63,629 bases of DNA, filler included, from 4 parts of 4 records of this genome joined end to end with filler, not necessarily neighbours in it; one strand, 5' to 3'; shown: positions 51,066-63,263, numbered from the whole stretch's first letter. Notes: generated by a model not told the origin, from the sequence alone. Numbers and translations: made by a program.

Positions 51066-52141
51066 GGGGTTTCTGAACTAGCGTCTTGGGTTAAATCAAC
51101 TTTAATTGGAGTGCCGTTATTAATGGCCATTACTCCATATGTTAAAATGGTATCTCCAGACTTAAGTCCAGAAATTATTCTGATTGAATTAGCAGTTCGT
51201 GATCCCGTTTTAACTTCTATCTCTTGCGCTTTACCATTATGAGCCACAAATATTTTTTTACCATTCTGAATAGGGATTAATGCTTCGGTGGGAACCATTA
51301 ATGCATCTGGAACGGTTTCTAAAGGTAAAAGTACATTTACGTACATTCCAGGGTACAAATTTCCTTCAGAATTATCTGTTATGGCTCGTATTTTTAAAGT
51401 TCTGGTAGCAGTGTCAACTTCTGGTTCTATGGCGTAAATTTCTGCAGTATATTCTTTATTAGAACTGGTAGTTGTAAATGTAAATGCTCCATTTAGTCTC
51501 ATTCTAGAAGCATATTTTTCAGGAATAGAAAATGTAAGTTTTAATTTAGTAGTGTTTACTAGTTTAGCAATCATTGTTGTTGGGGTAACATAACTTCCTT
51601 TAGAAATAGAGCGTAATCCAATAGTTCCAGAAAAAGGAGCTCGGATAGAAGTTTTAGAAAGTTGCGCGGCTATCAAATCAGATTCGGCTTTGGCAGATTG
51701 AAAATCGGCACTAGCTACATCATATTCTTCCTGACTTATGGCTTGTTTTTCTAGGAGAAGTTTGGCTCTCCTTTCATTTTCTGAAGCTAATTTTTGTGCG
51801 GTTTCTACTTTAGATAATTGTGCACGTAATTCAATATCATTAACCTTAATTAATATTTGTCCTTCGTTAACTTTACTTCCTTCATCAAAGTTAATACTTT
51901 GAACAACCCCAGTAACCTCACTTCGGATATCTACTTGCTCATTTGCCTCTAAAGAGCCAGAAAGCGATAAATTATCTTTGAATTCTTGCGGTTTTAAAAC
52001 CATTCCTTTTACGGTAACAGGGGCGCTGTTTTTAGCTTTGGAATTGCTACCATTTTCATTATTGTTTTTATTTATTCGATAGGCAATAAGTCCGCCAATA
52101 CCAATAAGTAATAGGAGGTAGATAATATGTTTAATTTTCAT
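51062..52141 (-). CDS. RND periplasmic adaptor (membrane fusion protein)
   Basis: N-terminal anchor, IRAPFSG, PGMYV, VPTEAL; ATGA overlap with the permease. Confidence 0.94.
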   Translation of the reverse strand: MKIKHIIYLLLLIGIGGLIAYRINKNNNENGSNSKAKNSAPVTVKGMVLKPQEFKDNLSLSGSLEANEQVDIRSEVTGVVQSINFDEGSKVNEGQILIKVNDIELRAQLSKVETAQKLASENERRAKLLLEKQAISQEEYDVASADFQSAKAESDLIAAQLSKTSIRAPFSGTIGLRSISKGSYVTPTTMIAKLVNTTKLKLTFSIPEKYASRMRLNGAFTFTTTSSNKEYTAEIYAIEPEVDTATRTLKIRAITDNSEGNLYPGMYVNVLLPLETVPDALMVPTEALIPIQNGKKIFVAHNGKAQEIEVKTGSRTANSIRIISGLKSGDTILTYGVMAINNGTPIKVDLTQDASSETP

Positions 52142-52372
52142 AAGGAGTACTGATTAGCAGGTATTTAAATAGGTTTGTTATAAATTTTAGTTATAGGGAT
52201 TACTAAGAACTTATAGAATCTTCAAAAAGAATAGTATTTTGTCAATTTGACAAGTTAAAGTTTGTTAAAGTTTTAATTTTAACTTTTTGAATCTCTCATT
52301 GAGGGTTTTATTCACCAGAGCCTGTTCTGAATATCTTGAAGGGTTCCACGTCGAAATGGATTAAGAATAATA

Positions 52373-52430
52373 AGAGGCTGTCTAAAAAATAATTAAACTC
52401 TAAATAATCCTTCGACAAGCTCAGGATGAC
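52373..52430. repeat. REP/MITE-like repeat copy at contig end
   Basis: AGAGGCTGTCTAAAAAA...ATCCTTCGACAAGCTCAGGATGAC. Confidence 0.72.
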
Positions 52431-52435
52431 ATTTA

Positions 52436-52535
52436 NNNNNNNNNNNNNNNNNNNNNNNNNNNNNNNNNNNNNNNNNNNNTTAATTAATTAANNNNNNNNN
52501 NNNNNNNNNNNNNNNNNNNNNNNNNNNNNNNNNNN
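52436..52535. other. Artificial contig spacer
   Basis: N44-TTAATTAATTAA-N44. Confidence 0.98.
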
Positions 52536-52716
52536 CCCCCCCCCCCCCCCCCCCCCCGGGCCTGTGACGGCGCGGCCGCGGGCGGCCCGACCCGACTGTC
52601 AGAACCTGGCGGAGTTTGGTGGAAAATCAATCCGGCACTCCGAAATGTGAGCCAAACCGACACATATTGCTATTATAATTATTAATTACAATTAGGAACA
52701 TCGAATCACATTCATG

Positions 52717-55700
52717 TTATCTCTGCTTGTCTCGGTTCATGCCAATCAGAGCAAAGAAGGCCGCCACTCGGAAAGCAAGCCCCATCAGCACCAGCCAGCC
52801 CAGGCAAGAGCCAAAGTTATCAAAATGGAACCAGTGTTCCTCCATTAGGTCATCTACTTTTCGTTTCCAAAGTTTTGAGTAAGACCGCAACTCCACAACA
52901 GTAAGGGCTTCAACACCCCAGCGAGCATACGATAAGTTTGGCAAAACCTTGCCGTGAAGACCACTCTCATCCAGCTGTTTGAGTGTTGGAGAGCTTCCGG
53001 CAACCATTGCAAGTGATAAGCTGACGATGTTGCAGTTCAGCTGCGCTTTTTGGGGGTGGAAGAGTAGGCTGACGAGGTAGCCTAGCCCCGAGCCTGCGAA
53101 GTACAACACGATCATCGTCCATAGATATTCTATAAAATGACCCCGGGGCCCCGCATACTGGTAGTACGTAACTAGGAAGGCCAGTGGAGATAGTAAGTTC
53201 ATGATGGTAGCACCAAGATTCTTGGCAAGGAAGTAAGCTAGTCTGTTAAGCCCACCCGCACTCTCTCGCCAGAATACCGTCCTCTCGGCCCCAAAGTTTC
53301 GGAGTGCCGAGACACTTGCCGCCATGAAGATGGCCATCGAGGACATGAGAGCCGTGGGTATTACCTCTTCCAGCTGCACATTTAGATTTACAATTCCAAG
53401 CACACCAGCGGCAAATATCACTAAGAAGACATCCATAAGGCCCAAACCTACTGTCCGTAACTGTTGAAGCACAGAGCGCCAAAGGCACAACACGAAATGT
53501 CGCGAGAATGTTCTCAGCTTAGGATGTGCTCCCTCCAGCACGCGAGTCCACGCCAGTGAGATGAATATGACCACTCGCCTCCAACACGACCGGTTTGCCG
53601 CGCGTTGCCGCCTCCGCAGCCGCTGAAGATCCCTGAACTCACTGCTTCTCGCGATCGATACATCTGAAAGCGAAGCCACAGTGAACGGACCCATCATATC
53701 CTGCTCACGGAGGGAGTCAGGCATGCCTCCAACCGAAGCACCATGTGCTCCGCCGAGTGGTGCAATATCAAGTGACCCCCGGGATCCGACACTATTCCTA
53801 CTGCCTCCACGCCATGCTTCATCGACCAACTCGGACCACACGGAGCTCACTTTTCGGGCCACTCGGGCCGGTCCCTCGACCGCATTTACTAGCGGTGCAA
53901 GGTATCGTGGCGGGGCACTATCACGCCTATTCTCTGGACTTGGAGACCCTTGCTCTAAGAACGTGCTGCTCTGAGCTTCTTCATTCGACGTCGCAGCCCC
54001 TGCGTCAAAGACAGGGTTCCTAGATGGACCCTGGGACATCCTCGTATGCGATTCCCATTGCTCAACTAACACGGATGGGTCATACGCCTCCGATGATCCC
54101 TCGGGGGCAATGCTACCACTGACAATATCCAAAATGAAGTCCGCGACATTGCAGTCTCTCGGCTTGCTAAAACCCAGGCCTGAGAAATAGCTCTCTATTC
54201 CTTCTCTATCCCCTGAAAACACCGTCCTCCCCCCCTTTCCTAGCAGTAAAACTTCATCAAACATGCGGAAAACCTCGGCACGCGGCTGATGGATGACAGC
54301 TGCTATGGTGAGCCCGAGCGAAGCCACAACACGGAGCGCAGACATGACATCCATGGAGCTAGACGAGTCGAGCCCGGATGTGGGCTCATCTGCAGGAATG
54401 GTCAAGGGAAATTCAGGGCATAAATACAACCTCCAATGCAAGAATACCTAGGAGAAGGAGTGTTGGGTCCTTGACGATCTCCAAGCCAATGTTCACTCGT
54501 TTTCGCTGCCCTCCGCTCACTCCTCGAGTTTCCTGGTCCCCAATGACGCTGTGCCGAACATCATATATTCCGAGGACGTCCATCACCTCGTCTACTATGG
54601 CAGACTTCTCAAGAATTGAGAGATTCTCCGGGCCAAAAAGCTGTACAGCATCAGGACAGAACAAGGCCGTAGACTTCACACATACCACAGACGAGAAGAG
54701 GAGATTCTCACGGCATGTCAGGACGGTGTGCATGATGTCCTCCTGCGGCACGAATCCCATAACCTTGCGGAACCTTTCCAACGATGAAACAGGCTCCCCA
54801 TTAACCCTGATCACCCCGCGCATATTGCCATAAGCCGCCGCTTTTCCGGCAAGGGTATTGAGAAACGTCGTTTTCCCAGCCCCGCTGGGACCTAGAGAGG
54901 TCTCGTCATCAGATTTGCCTAGCGATTATATAAAGCAGTGAATCCTACCCATCACTGCAGTGAGCCGGCCTGGCTGGAGTGACCCGGTTACGTTCTCTAG
55001 AATTGTTCGTTTGGAGAGGCGGAGCTCCAAGCCTAGCCCCTCGAATGAAACCTCCATGGGCTGAACTTTGCTCCTCAGCCCCTCAAGGCCTCCTCCCCTC
55101 TTCCACCCAGCGCCGGTTGTGCCGGATAAGCCTTCCCCAGAACTATCGCCAACCATGATAAACCCGCCCTCACCATCCTCCTCGGCAGGATCTATTGTTA
55201 CCGCTCGCTCAGGCGACCCCTCCATGAGAGATTCATATCGACCTGATGCTCCTTGCCTAAGGCTTGACTCAGGGGAGGCGATCTTCAAGGGGACCAATGG
55301 CACCCCCAGCTTCCGGTAGCTTTGGATCTCTGACTGCACCTGGGCCTTCTTGCTGGAAAAATAGTACCTCGTGGAGACAGATGTGGGACATAGTGTCAAT
55401 ATCCCAACAATACACCAGAAAATAAAGCCAGAAACCGACAGCCCACGAGCCGCCCGGTGCTCTTTGGTTTTCACGTAGCAATTATACCCATGGGTGGCGA
55501 CCTCGTTACCGATGAAGAGGATGAGCATGAGGAAGATGTCAAAGACGAGTCCAAGCACGCTTATGGTCGGCGCCTCCGTCCCGGCCGGGCAGTGTGTCAG
55601 CCATGGGCACCGGTGCGGCTTCGTGTCACCTTCTCTACAGTAATACCCAGCAGGACACTCTATCTGTGAAAACAAGTTAGGAATGCCAAAGTCAGTTTCT

Positions 55701-56286
55701 GAAACCTACTTGTTCAGTCAGTGTTGGGCAGTAGTATCCCGCCTCGCAGGGGGTGTTCTCAATGGACCCAGGCGTCCCGTACACATCGATGTCGATCTCA
55801 TCGACCATGTCCGCGTCTATATTTGGAGAGGGGCAAAACGCGCCTTTGTCGCATTTGAACAAGCACAAGAAACCAAACGGGCAATAGTACCCCGGGCAGC
55901 ACTGCCAGTGCACTTCAGCGAAGTCTATAGCTTATACAAGACACCCACCTGTGTTGGGAAGAGCCGGTTGTTCTTCTTGGAAGCGAAATAACCTGACGCA
56001 CACCCAAAGTGGGTCGACGCCATATCGCACTCATCACTCTGCTTGTGGTCTTCAAGGTTTTTTTCCTCCTCAGCAGAACATATATATTGGTTGATAACCT
56101 CCGTCGAGCAAGCCCGATGCTGCAGACAACAACCCCATCAGCACCGTATGCATGCCGCCACTGCCATAACCTGACCTTCTCCGCGATGGCATCATCGCGA
56201 GAGATGGGATCGAACCCACAGCAAGTGCTTAGGAGGCCTGCAAATAAGCAAAGGAACAGGCAAAACTGCCTATGACAGCGTCCCAT
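52717..56286 (-). CDS. Eukaryotic ABCG half-transporter with signal peptide and Cys-rich ectodomain; 7 exons, ~1086 aa
   Basis: Manual model with GT-AG introns at 56175-56120, 55948-55902, 55709-55664, 54948-54892, 54685-54641 and 54447-54390. Splicing restores Walker A GPSGAGKT and Walker B LLLLDEPTSGLD. VSGGQRKRV, IHQPR and a C-terminal TMD are present. Confidence 0.88.
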
Positions 56287-57151
56287 CCCAAGGCGCAGGT
56301 CTACTTTCAGCGACACCGCTTAGTCCTACAAATATATATGAACTAACTATATGAGCTAACTTTAAGGGCATTCCACTCATGGGAATGCAGCTGAAGTCAG
56401 GAGATTGTACTGACACCATACTGTGAGCCGGTGGCCGGGGCTGACGACGGTCCCGCCGGGCCCGCCGCCCGGCCCGAGCGGCCTCCTGACCTCCGCACAC
56501 CGTAGTAGAGGAAGCTGATGCCGGACCGCTCGGCAAAGCGGCGAGTACCCGTCGTCAGAGGCGGTCTGGGTACGTCCTGACTCGAGGGCACGGATTCGGT
56601 TCCGGGGAGCCGCCGGTTGACCGGCGGACTTCCATTCAATCTTGCCGGACCTGCTCACGCAAACACGCATGAGGACGGCTCTGGAGTCCGCGGTCGGTAA
56701 CTGACTATCCGCGCGCGTGCAAATAAAACGCGTTTTTCCACCGGCCTGGGGCCGCGTGTCGTTTCATCCAAACTTCATCAGAGGGCCGCAAGGGTGGCTC
56801 CGAAATTGGAGTTCGGTTCCCGCCACCGACCGTGAACAGTGCCCGGGCGTCAGCAGTGGCCACCTGTGCCCGGCGTCAGTCCCGTTCGCCAGCCCGCGGC
56901 CCACTGATCAACCATGCAGGGCGGTAGGGTTCAAGAGCTCCGGCGCCGGCCCACCCCCCGCGGCACCGACCCCGGCGGGTGAGGAAGGGAGCCTCAACTC
57001 CGCCAGCCGGTGCGGGGTGCCGCATCTGCAGCGGTGGGCCCCTCTACCGAGGACGGACGACCAAAGTCTACTACTCTCTAGCTAGGGCTCGACCACCGGC
57101 CGGCCATGGAAGATTTCGGTTGGAGTGGTAGGTTGTCGTCCCCAAACAGGT

Positions 57152-57189
57152 GGGATGGCGGGGTGGGGGGGTTGGGGTTGGGGTTGGGG
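57152..57189 (+). repeat. G-tract cluster with (TTGGGG)3; G-quadruplex-forming candidate
   Basis: GGGATGGCGGGGTGGGGGGGTTGGGGTTGGGGTTGGGG in the intergenic region between the divergent genes. Confidence 0.6.
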
Positions 57190-57305
57190 TCGCTGCAAAG
57201 GCGTCGGCGGCCAGTTGTATTCGCCAAACTTCTCGGCTTGGGACCTGCCAGGTCTTGTAACCGGCAGGGTTCTCCTTCACTCCCGTGATGCAACGCTAGC
57301 TAGTC

Positions 57306-57313
57306 TATAAATA
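57306..57313 (+). promoter_or_regulatory. TATA box
   Basis: TATAAATA(AAAA) about 75 nt upstream of ATG 57385, in GC-rich surroundings. Confidence 0.6.
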
Positions 57314-57384
57314 AAAAGCCGCACAAGCACTTCACAACTCAAAAGCACGCAGCTCGTACGTGCGAGGCCGGGAGAGACACCATC

Positions 57385-60300
57385 ATGCCACGTGGTGACT
57401 GGCACGCCTTGGTATGCATGGCGACGCTGTGGGCCGGGGCGGTCGCGTGGACCATCACAGAACCGGCGGCTAATCGGGAGGTTCACTCAAGCGGCGCGAA
57501 CACCTTCGGGCAACTGGGACTGGGAAACTCGAGCCCACTGGGGTCGCCGACAGAGCAAACGGGGATTATGGCGACGCCACACGCCGAGGTGATGCTGGGT
57601 GACCAGTTTACTTTCGTAAGGGATCGCCACGGGACGGTGCACTTTGCAGGGGATAGTGGGAACGGTGTGCGGGGCGTGGGACCCTCTGGTTTTGGAGTCA
57701 GCTCGTCCTTCACGACTGCAGATGAAATCCAGGGTGCCCGGGCCATTGCGGTGGGGCCGAGCCACGTCGTCGTTGTTGGTGGCAGTGGGGTTGTGGTGGT
57801 CACTGGGTCGAACAGCCATGGCCAGCTCGGCGCCTTGGATTCACAACTTGACTATTGGCAGTTGCCCACATTCGACTCTTTCAGCGGGGGGGACTTTGTG
57901 CGCTTGGCTTGCACAACGGAAGAGCACACTGCCGTGGGTACAGCCCGTGGGGAGGTGTACACGACAGGTAGGAACAACGTGGGCCAGCTTGGGCTGGGCG
58001 ACACTACGGATAGGTTTGTATTCTCCAAGGTCACCCTGGGATCCGGCGCAGCCAATGACTCCATTGCACATATTGCGTGCAGCGTTGGCCACACGTTTGT
58101 AGCAACCAAGTACGGGGCGTTGTATGGGTCCGGTTTCAATGATGTTGGGCAGCTGGGGCTGGGCGATAATATCCAGAGGAACAGTTTTGCCCTTGTGAAG
58201 GACCTGTCGGCATCCTCACTCACGTGGTCGGCAGTGTCGGCAAGCTCGGTGCATGTCTTTGCGTTGTCTTCTGACGGGACCCTGTGGTATGCTGGGGGCG
58301 GTGGCGCGGTGGCACCCCTGGGCGACGCCGGGCTCGGGGCCTCAACCACGTTGGTGCCTTTTCCTGTCGGCAGCCTGCCTCCGGGGTTTGGAAATGTGGT
58401 GGGCGTGGTGACGGGGCTGTGTGGGCTCAACAGCATGCTCCTGTCATCCAATGCCAGGGTCGCTGTTGCAGGTGCTAACACCAATAACCTCCTTGGGTCG
58501 GCCGGTGGACCAGTGCCTGTGACCACATGGGAGATACTGGCCTCAGTCCAGAATGTGACCGCGCTGCCCTCCACTGGATCCGGCACTTGCCAGCACGCCA
58601 TGTTCATCGCGGGAGATCTCGGATCAGGCCCTTGCCCCGACCCGGGATATGCCGTGAACAGGACTGGAGGGTGCTATCCCTGCCCAGTTGGAACGCGCAT
58701 GGATACCTATAAGCAGGACTGTGTTCCGTGCGAACCGGGAACAAACGCCCCGACAGAGGGACAAACGGCTTGTAGCGCGTGCCCTCTGGGCGAGATTCCT
58801 GTGGCTGACGGCACGGGATGCTCACCTTGTGATCCGGGAATGTACAGCAACTCCACTGCCGCGACCGAGTGCACACCGTGTCCCACGGGCACAGAAGCCC
58901 CTACGGGCGGCGCGACCGAGTGTTCTCCTTGTGCAGTGGGCCAGTATCAGGACGAACTTGGCCAGGCGGCATGCAAGACTTGCTCGTGGGGATATATTGC
59001 CGACAGCACCGGGTCCATCACATGCCAAGTATGTCTTCGTGTGTTCGCTAGTATGTGCTTATGTGCTGACTGTGTGCAGCCGTGCTCGCCTGGGTATCGG
59101 TCCAAAGGAAGCGTCAGAGACGAATGCAGAGGTGAGTGCATTATATTATTGCTCACCAAAGGACTTACTGATGGCGTGTCCTCAGCGTGCCCCGTCGGCA
59201 AGGCCAATCCCAATCCCGCGAGGGGGGGTTGTCCCAGCTGCAGTGTGGGGACATATAATGACCTAACGGGACAAACCGCTTGCAAGGACTGCCCGACAGG
59301 AACCTATGCTGATGTGGAGGAGCAGAGCCTTTGCAAGCTCTGCGGTGTGGGCACGGTGGCCCCTTCTGAAGGGACGGTGAATTGTGATGATTGCGCGCCG
59401 GGATCGTATCAGGACACTGTTGGCCAAACTAGTTGTAAGCTTTGTGCACCGGGGACGTTCAGCGCCGTGGTTGGCAAGTCCGCATGTAAGAGATACGAGT
59501 GATCATTACCATGGATGCTGATGGCACGCGCAGGTGACCCATGCCCGGCAGGAACATTTCAGGCCCTGGGTGGTCAGGCCAGCTGTGACCCTTGTCCCCT
59601 AGGAAGCTATTCCCCGTTGGGCTCTACTTCGTGCATTCCGTGTCCTGTGGGCACGTACGCTAATGTCACAGGGCAGTCAGAGTGTTACCCTTGCAGCCCT
59701 GGCTCCTACCAGGTCTGTGGGGACACGTATTGCGCCCTTGCTGTCGGTGATATTAATGAAGGCTATGTAGGCTTCTGTTGGCCAGGTTAACTGCACCTTG
59801 TGCGACAAGGGACACTCGACCGCGCTGTGGGGTCAAGCGTCGTGTTTGCCGTGCTCTCCGGGGGAATTCTCACAATATTCGGGCCAGGAGACGTGTGAGC
59901 TTTGCCGTGAGTCTTGTCATCATGCAATTTGATATGGCCCGTAACCATGTCACATCAGCGGCCGGGTCGTACGCTGGGGCGTCGGGGTCACAGGCGTGTA
60001 CGAACTGCACTGCGGGCACTTACCAGTCGACTCCCGGGCAGGCGACTTGCTTATTGTGCCCACAAGGAAGGTTCCAACCACGGGAAGGGATGGCCGAATG
60101 CCTGGTATGGTGGTACTTGTCGAATTCAGGGAGAACTATTTGTTGACTCGCAAGCAGACGTGTCCTCCTGGGGCCTATAACAACGGCACCCAGACCTCGG
60201 GCAGTTGTTTGCAGTGTACTCCTGGATTCTACACTCCAGTTGGCGTGACTGGTTTGAGTTCGTGCTTAGCATGCCCGACTGGAACGGTGCAGGATCTTCC

Positions 60301-63263
60301 CGCATCTACAGTATGGTGCGTAGAAACCACCGTGATTCTCTTCTGTTTCTGACATTGTCGCAATGTGCAGCAATCCATGCAGTCCCGGCCTGTACCAGGA
60401 CTCAATGGGACAAGCATCTTGTAAAGCGTGCCCACCGGGGGAATGGAGCCCGGGGGGTTCTTCTGGTTGCCTGAAGTGCATGGAAGGTCTCTACCAGCCC
60501 GCAAGCAATCAAAGCTCCTGCTTGATGTGTCCAAGCGGGACGTCGTCTTCGGAAGGCTCTACATCCTGTGATGTTTGCTTGCCTGGTACATATGCCTCGT
60601 CAGCTGGCAGTGCCTCATGCGTGCCATGTGAACCAGGTTTCTACTCGGTGGCCACTGGTGCCACATCGTGTGAAGTGTGTGCAGCGAATTTGTATCAGGA
60701 TGTGCCTGGGCAGACTTCTTGCAAGGTCTGTGCGTACAACGGAGTGAGCCCAAAGGGGACGTCCCGGGCCGTCGACTGCGACTGTGGGAGGGGCACCTTT
60801 GGACACCCAGCCGAGGGTATTCCCTGCAGAGTGTGCCCTGATAACACCGAATGCGGTAACAGGGAACGTGTTCCTCAGGCAGTCTTCGGCTTTTATCTTG
60901 ACTCGTCGGATCCCCTTCGTACATACCAATGCTACCCGGCAGCTGCTTGCCCCGGCGGATATGACACATGTGGTGAGGGATTCACTGGGGAAGCCTGTTC
61001 ATGGTGCGTTGATGGGAGTTTTTCCTTCCATGGCATGTGCATGCCGTGCTTGGATGTGCCCGTTCTTTCGCTTGAGGGATATTGCGTCCTGGTCGTGCTA
61101 GTTGCCTTTATGTGTCTATTCGTCACCTGCGCCTGCGGGTGGTGCATGCCATCGGCGTTGGGACTAGCGTCGTACAAGGGCGGTTCTGTAATTACGCATT
61201 CCGACGGGACTTGGGCCTTCCGACTGCCCATAACACCTGGCGATATCGCCAAGTTATTCTTTGGCCTCCAGATGACCCATTTTGTCCTGGCGTGCCACAG
61301 CCACTGGAGTGGTAGCGCTCTCTACCTGTCATATTGGGTCGCTGTTGTAGACATGTCTCCGACAGCGATTATACAACCGGGTTGTGGGGGGCTGGATATA
61401 CCGCTAATCATGCAATACGTGTCGGCTCACGCCATATTTTTATTGGCTGCCCTTGCTGGAAGTATGGCTGCCCTGCTATTGACCAACTGTATGTTGTTTG
61501 CTTCTCTTTATCCTCGTCTTTTGGCCTTTACTCTGCGCGGCTACAAAGCCTCATTGAACGGTATTGCGCTGGTGACATCCATGGCACTCTGGGTGTGTTA
61601 CATCCCGATCGGACTGGGGGTGGGGCAGTACTTCTCCTGTTATGAGAAGGAGGAGGGGCGCTACTATCTTACGACTAACCAGAGTGTGGCATGCTACCAG
61701 GGTGTTTGGAACGAAGGGCTCACGTTCATGCTGGCTGCGGCAGCCGTGTTTGTAGTTGGGATACCCATGATGTACACTCTGGTGTTTCATGTCGCCCATC
61801 GCATGAGGGGTATCCCATGGGTTGACAGGACCTTCTCGCACATGTGGAAGCCATTCAGGCGACGATTCTACTTTTGGAATGTCGTAATGGCATGGCAGCA
61901 ATTTGGGCTTATTGTTATTCTAGTGTTCGCATCCTCGTTCGGAGAGCAGGAACTATCTATTCTTCTCACTGTATATCTTGGTCTCATGCTGGCTGTCCAG
62001 CTCATGTTGGCCCCATTCGCGAGAGAAATTGACAATGCCTTCCACAGTGTTGTCCTGTTTGGAGTATTTGTGGTGTCCATAATGTCCATTCTCGTAGAAG
62101 TTGAGGAAATCACTTCTGATTTCTTGGAAATTGTCCGCGGCGTTGTGTACGTGGCGGTCCTTCTTCCTATGCTATTCTTCTTCGTAATGTTTCCGATAAG
62201 GTACCGGATGTTGCGATGCTGGCTATGCGGGTGGGACTTGCTGCCAGCAACCACGAAGGCCAACGCGATTCGAGCTGGTGTTGTTGCACAACGCTATCTT
62301 TTGGGGTGTTTTACGTGCTCCTCCTTAAGAAACCTTTTGATCTACGTGGTTTTGAAGCTTCCGATATTCTCGGAAAGGAAGGCCAGGAGGGAAATTCAGA
62401 TGACAAAAGATCTCCTTGTAGAACTCGGGGAGGATCTTGGTGCAACGATGAAACCGCTGGATACTCTGGTGAAGAGGTCAAACACGACCTTGGCCGGTTT
62501 GGTTAGGAATCCGGAGCCGTGGGAAGAAACTCTTCACGAGATCAACATTGCAAACGAGGCGCTGATGTCGGTACAGGCAGTGTTGGAGATGCTCAACCCT
62601 GCCGTCCTTCTAGATTCGTATATCGACGAGCTTACAAAATCGCCCGGGTCGAGCGACTCGGCAGCCGAAGGAACCCCGTTCTTCGGCCCTGTCAGGAGCA
62701 GAGACTTGCCTTCTTCGTTCGCTGAAGAGGATCTTGACGGTGATGGGGACAAGAAAAGGTCCGCAAAGGTCCACCCATACGTGGAAGATGATCTTGAGAA
62801 ACCCGAAAAGCCGGAATACTCTGATGTGATTCATCTGCATTCACCGAAGCCAGTTGAGGTTGAAGACGACATCGCCATCGTTGAAATGGAGGTAGAGGGC
62901 ACGCCCGTACGACCGGCGCCAGTGCATAGTGATCCGCTAGATCCGGCAGCGATATTGAGTAAGGCGACGAAGCCCCCGCGCAGACCAAATGTAGGCGCAC
63001 GCATTCGCAGTCGAATCTCATCCCTGGGGGCGAGGTCGCGATTTGGGTCTTTTGGCGAAGATGAAGGCACGCCACTCTTTCGTGCTCAGCAGGACCATCC
63101 TTCCGTGTTGGAGCAGATGCAGCAGCCGTTGGACTGGTCTGCAGAGGAGTACGCCGGCTCTGGCAATGGCAGCAGGCCGAGTTTGCAGCATATGGTGCGC
63201 CAGTTCATGCTGGACGGGGACGCCCACGATGATGAGCCGGAGGATCAGGAAGTGATCGAATAA
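57385..63263 (+). CDS. Eukaryotic receptor-like protein: signal peptide, RCC1/BLIP-II-like repeats, ~34 CxxCxxG (GCC2/GCC3-like) units, multi-TM domain, acidic tail; 8 exons, ~1835 aa
   Basis: Manual model with GT-AG introns at 59029-59079, 59132-59185, 59486-59533, 59713-59770, 59907-59958, 60105-60157 and 60316-60370. Splicing gives one frame and restores the Cys-repeat register. GxNxxGQL(G) repeats in exon 1; AATAAA at 63295. Confidence 0.85.

Noticed and set aside
40264-52535. Low-GC block as a genomic island, or eukaryote-bacterium gene transfer
   Set aside because: Composition shifts coincide exactly with the artificial spacers, so these are different organisms.
52536-52557. 22-nt poly-C run as a telomere
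   Set aside because: A homopolymer at a contig edge is more likely a sequencing or assembly artefact; there is no periodic repeat unit.
55369-55440. Possible extra intron in ABCG exon 4
   Set aside because: The frame is open and encodes a plausible TM segment; no YAG acceptor at the usual distance from the candidate branch motif. Left unresolved.
54390-60370. Fragmented ORFs in contig 4 as pseudogenes or an alternative genetic code
   Set aside because: The frame breaks are resolved by canonical short GT-AG introns that restore conserved motifs.
58620-60780. Periodic pattern as a CRISPR array or DNA tandem repeat
   Set aside because: The periodicity is at protein level (CxxCxxG) with divergent codons; no identical nucleotide repeats with spacers were seen.
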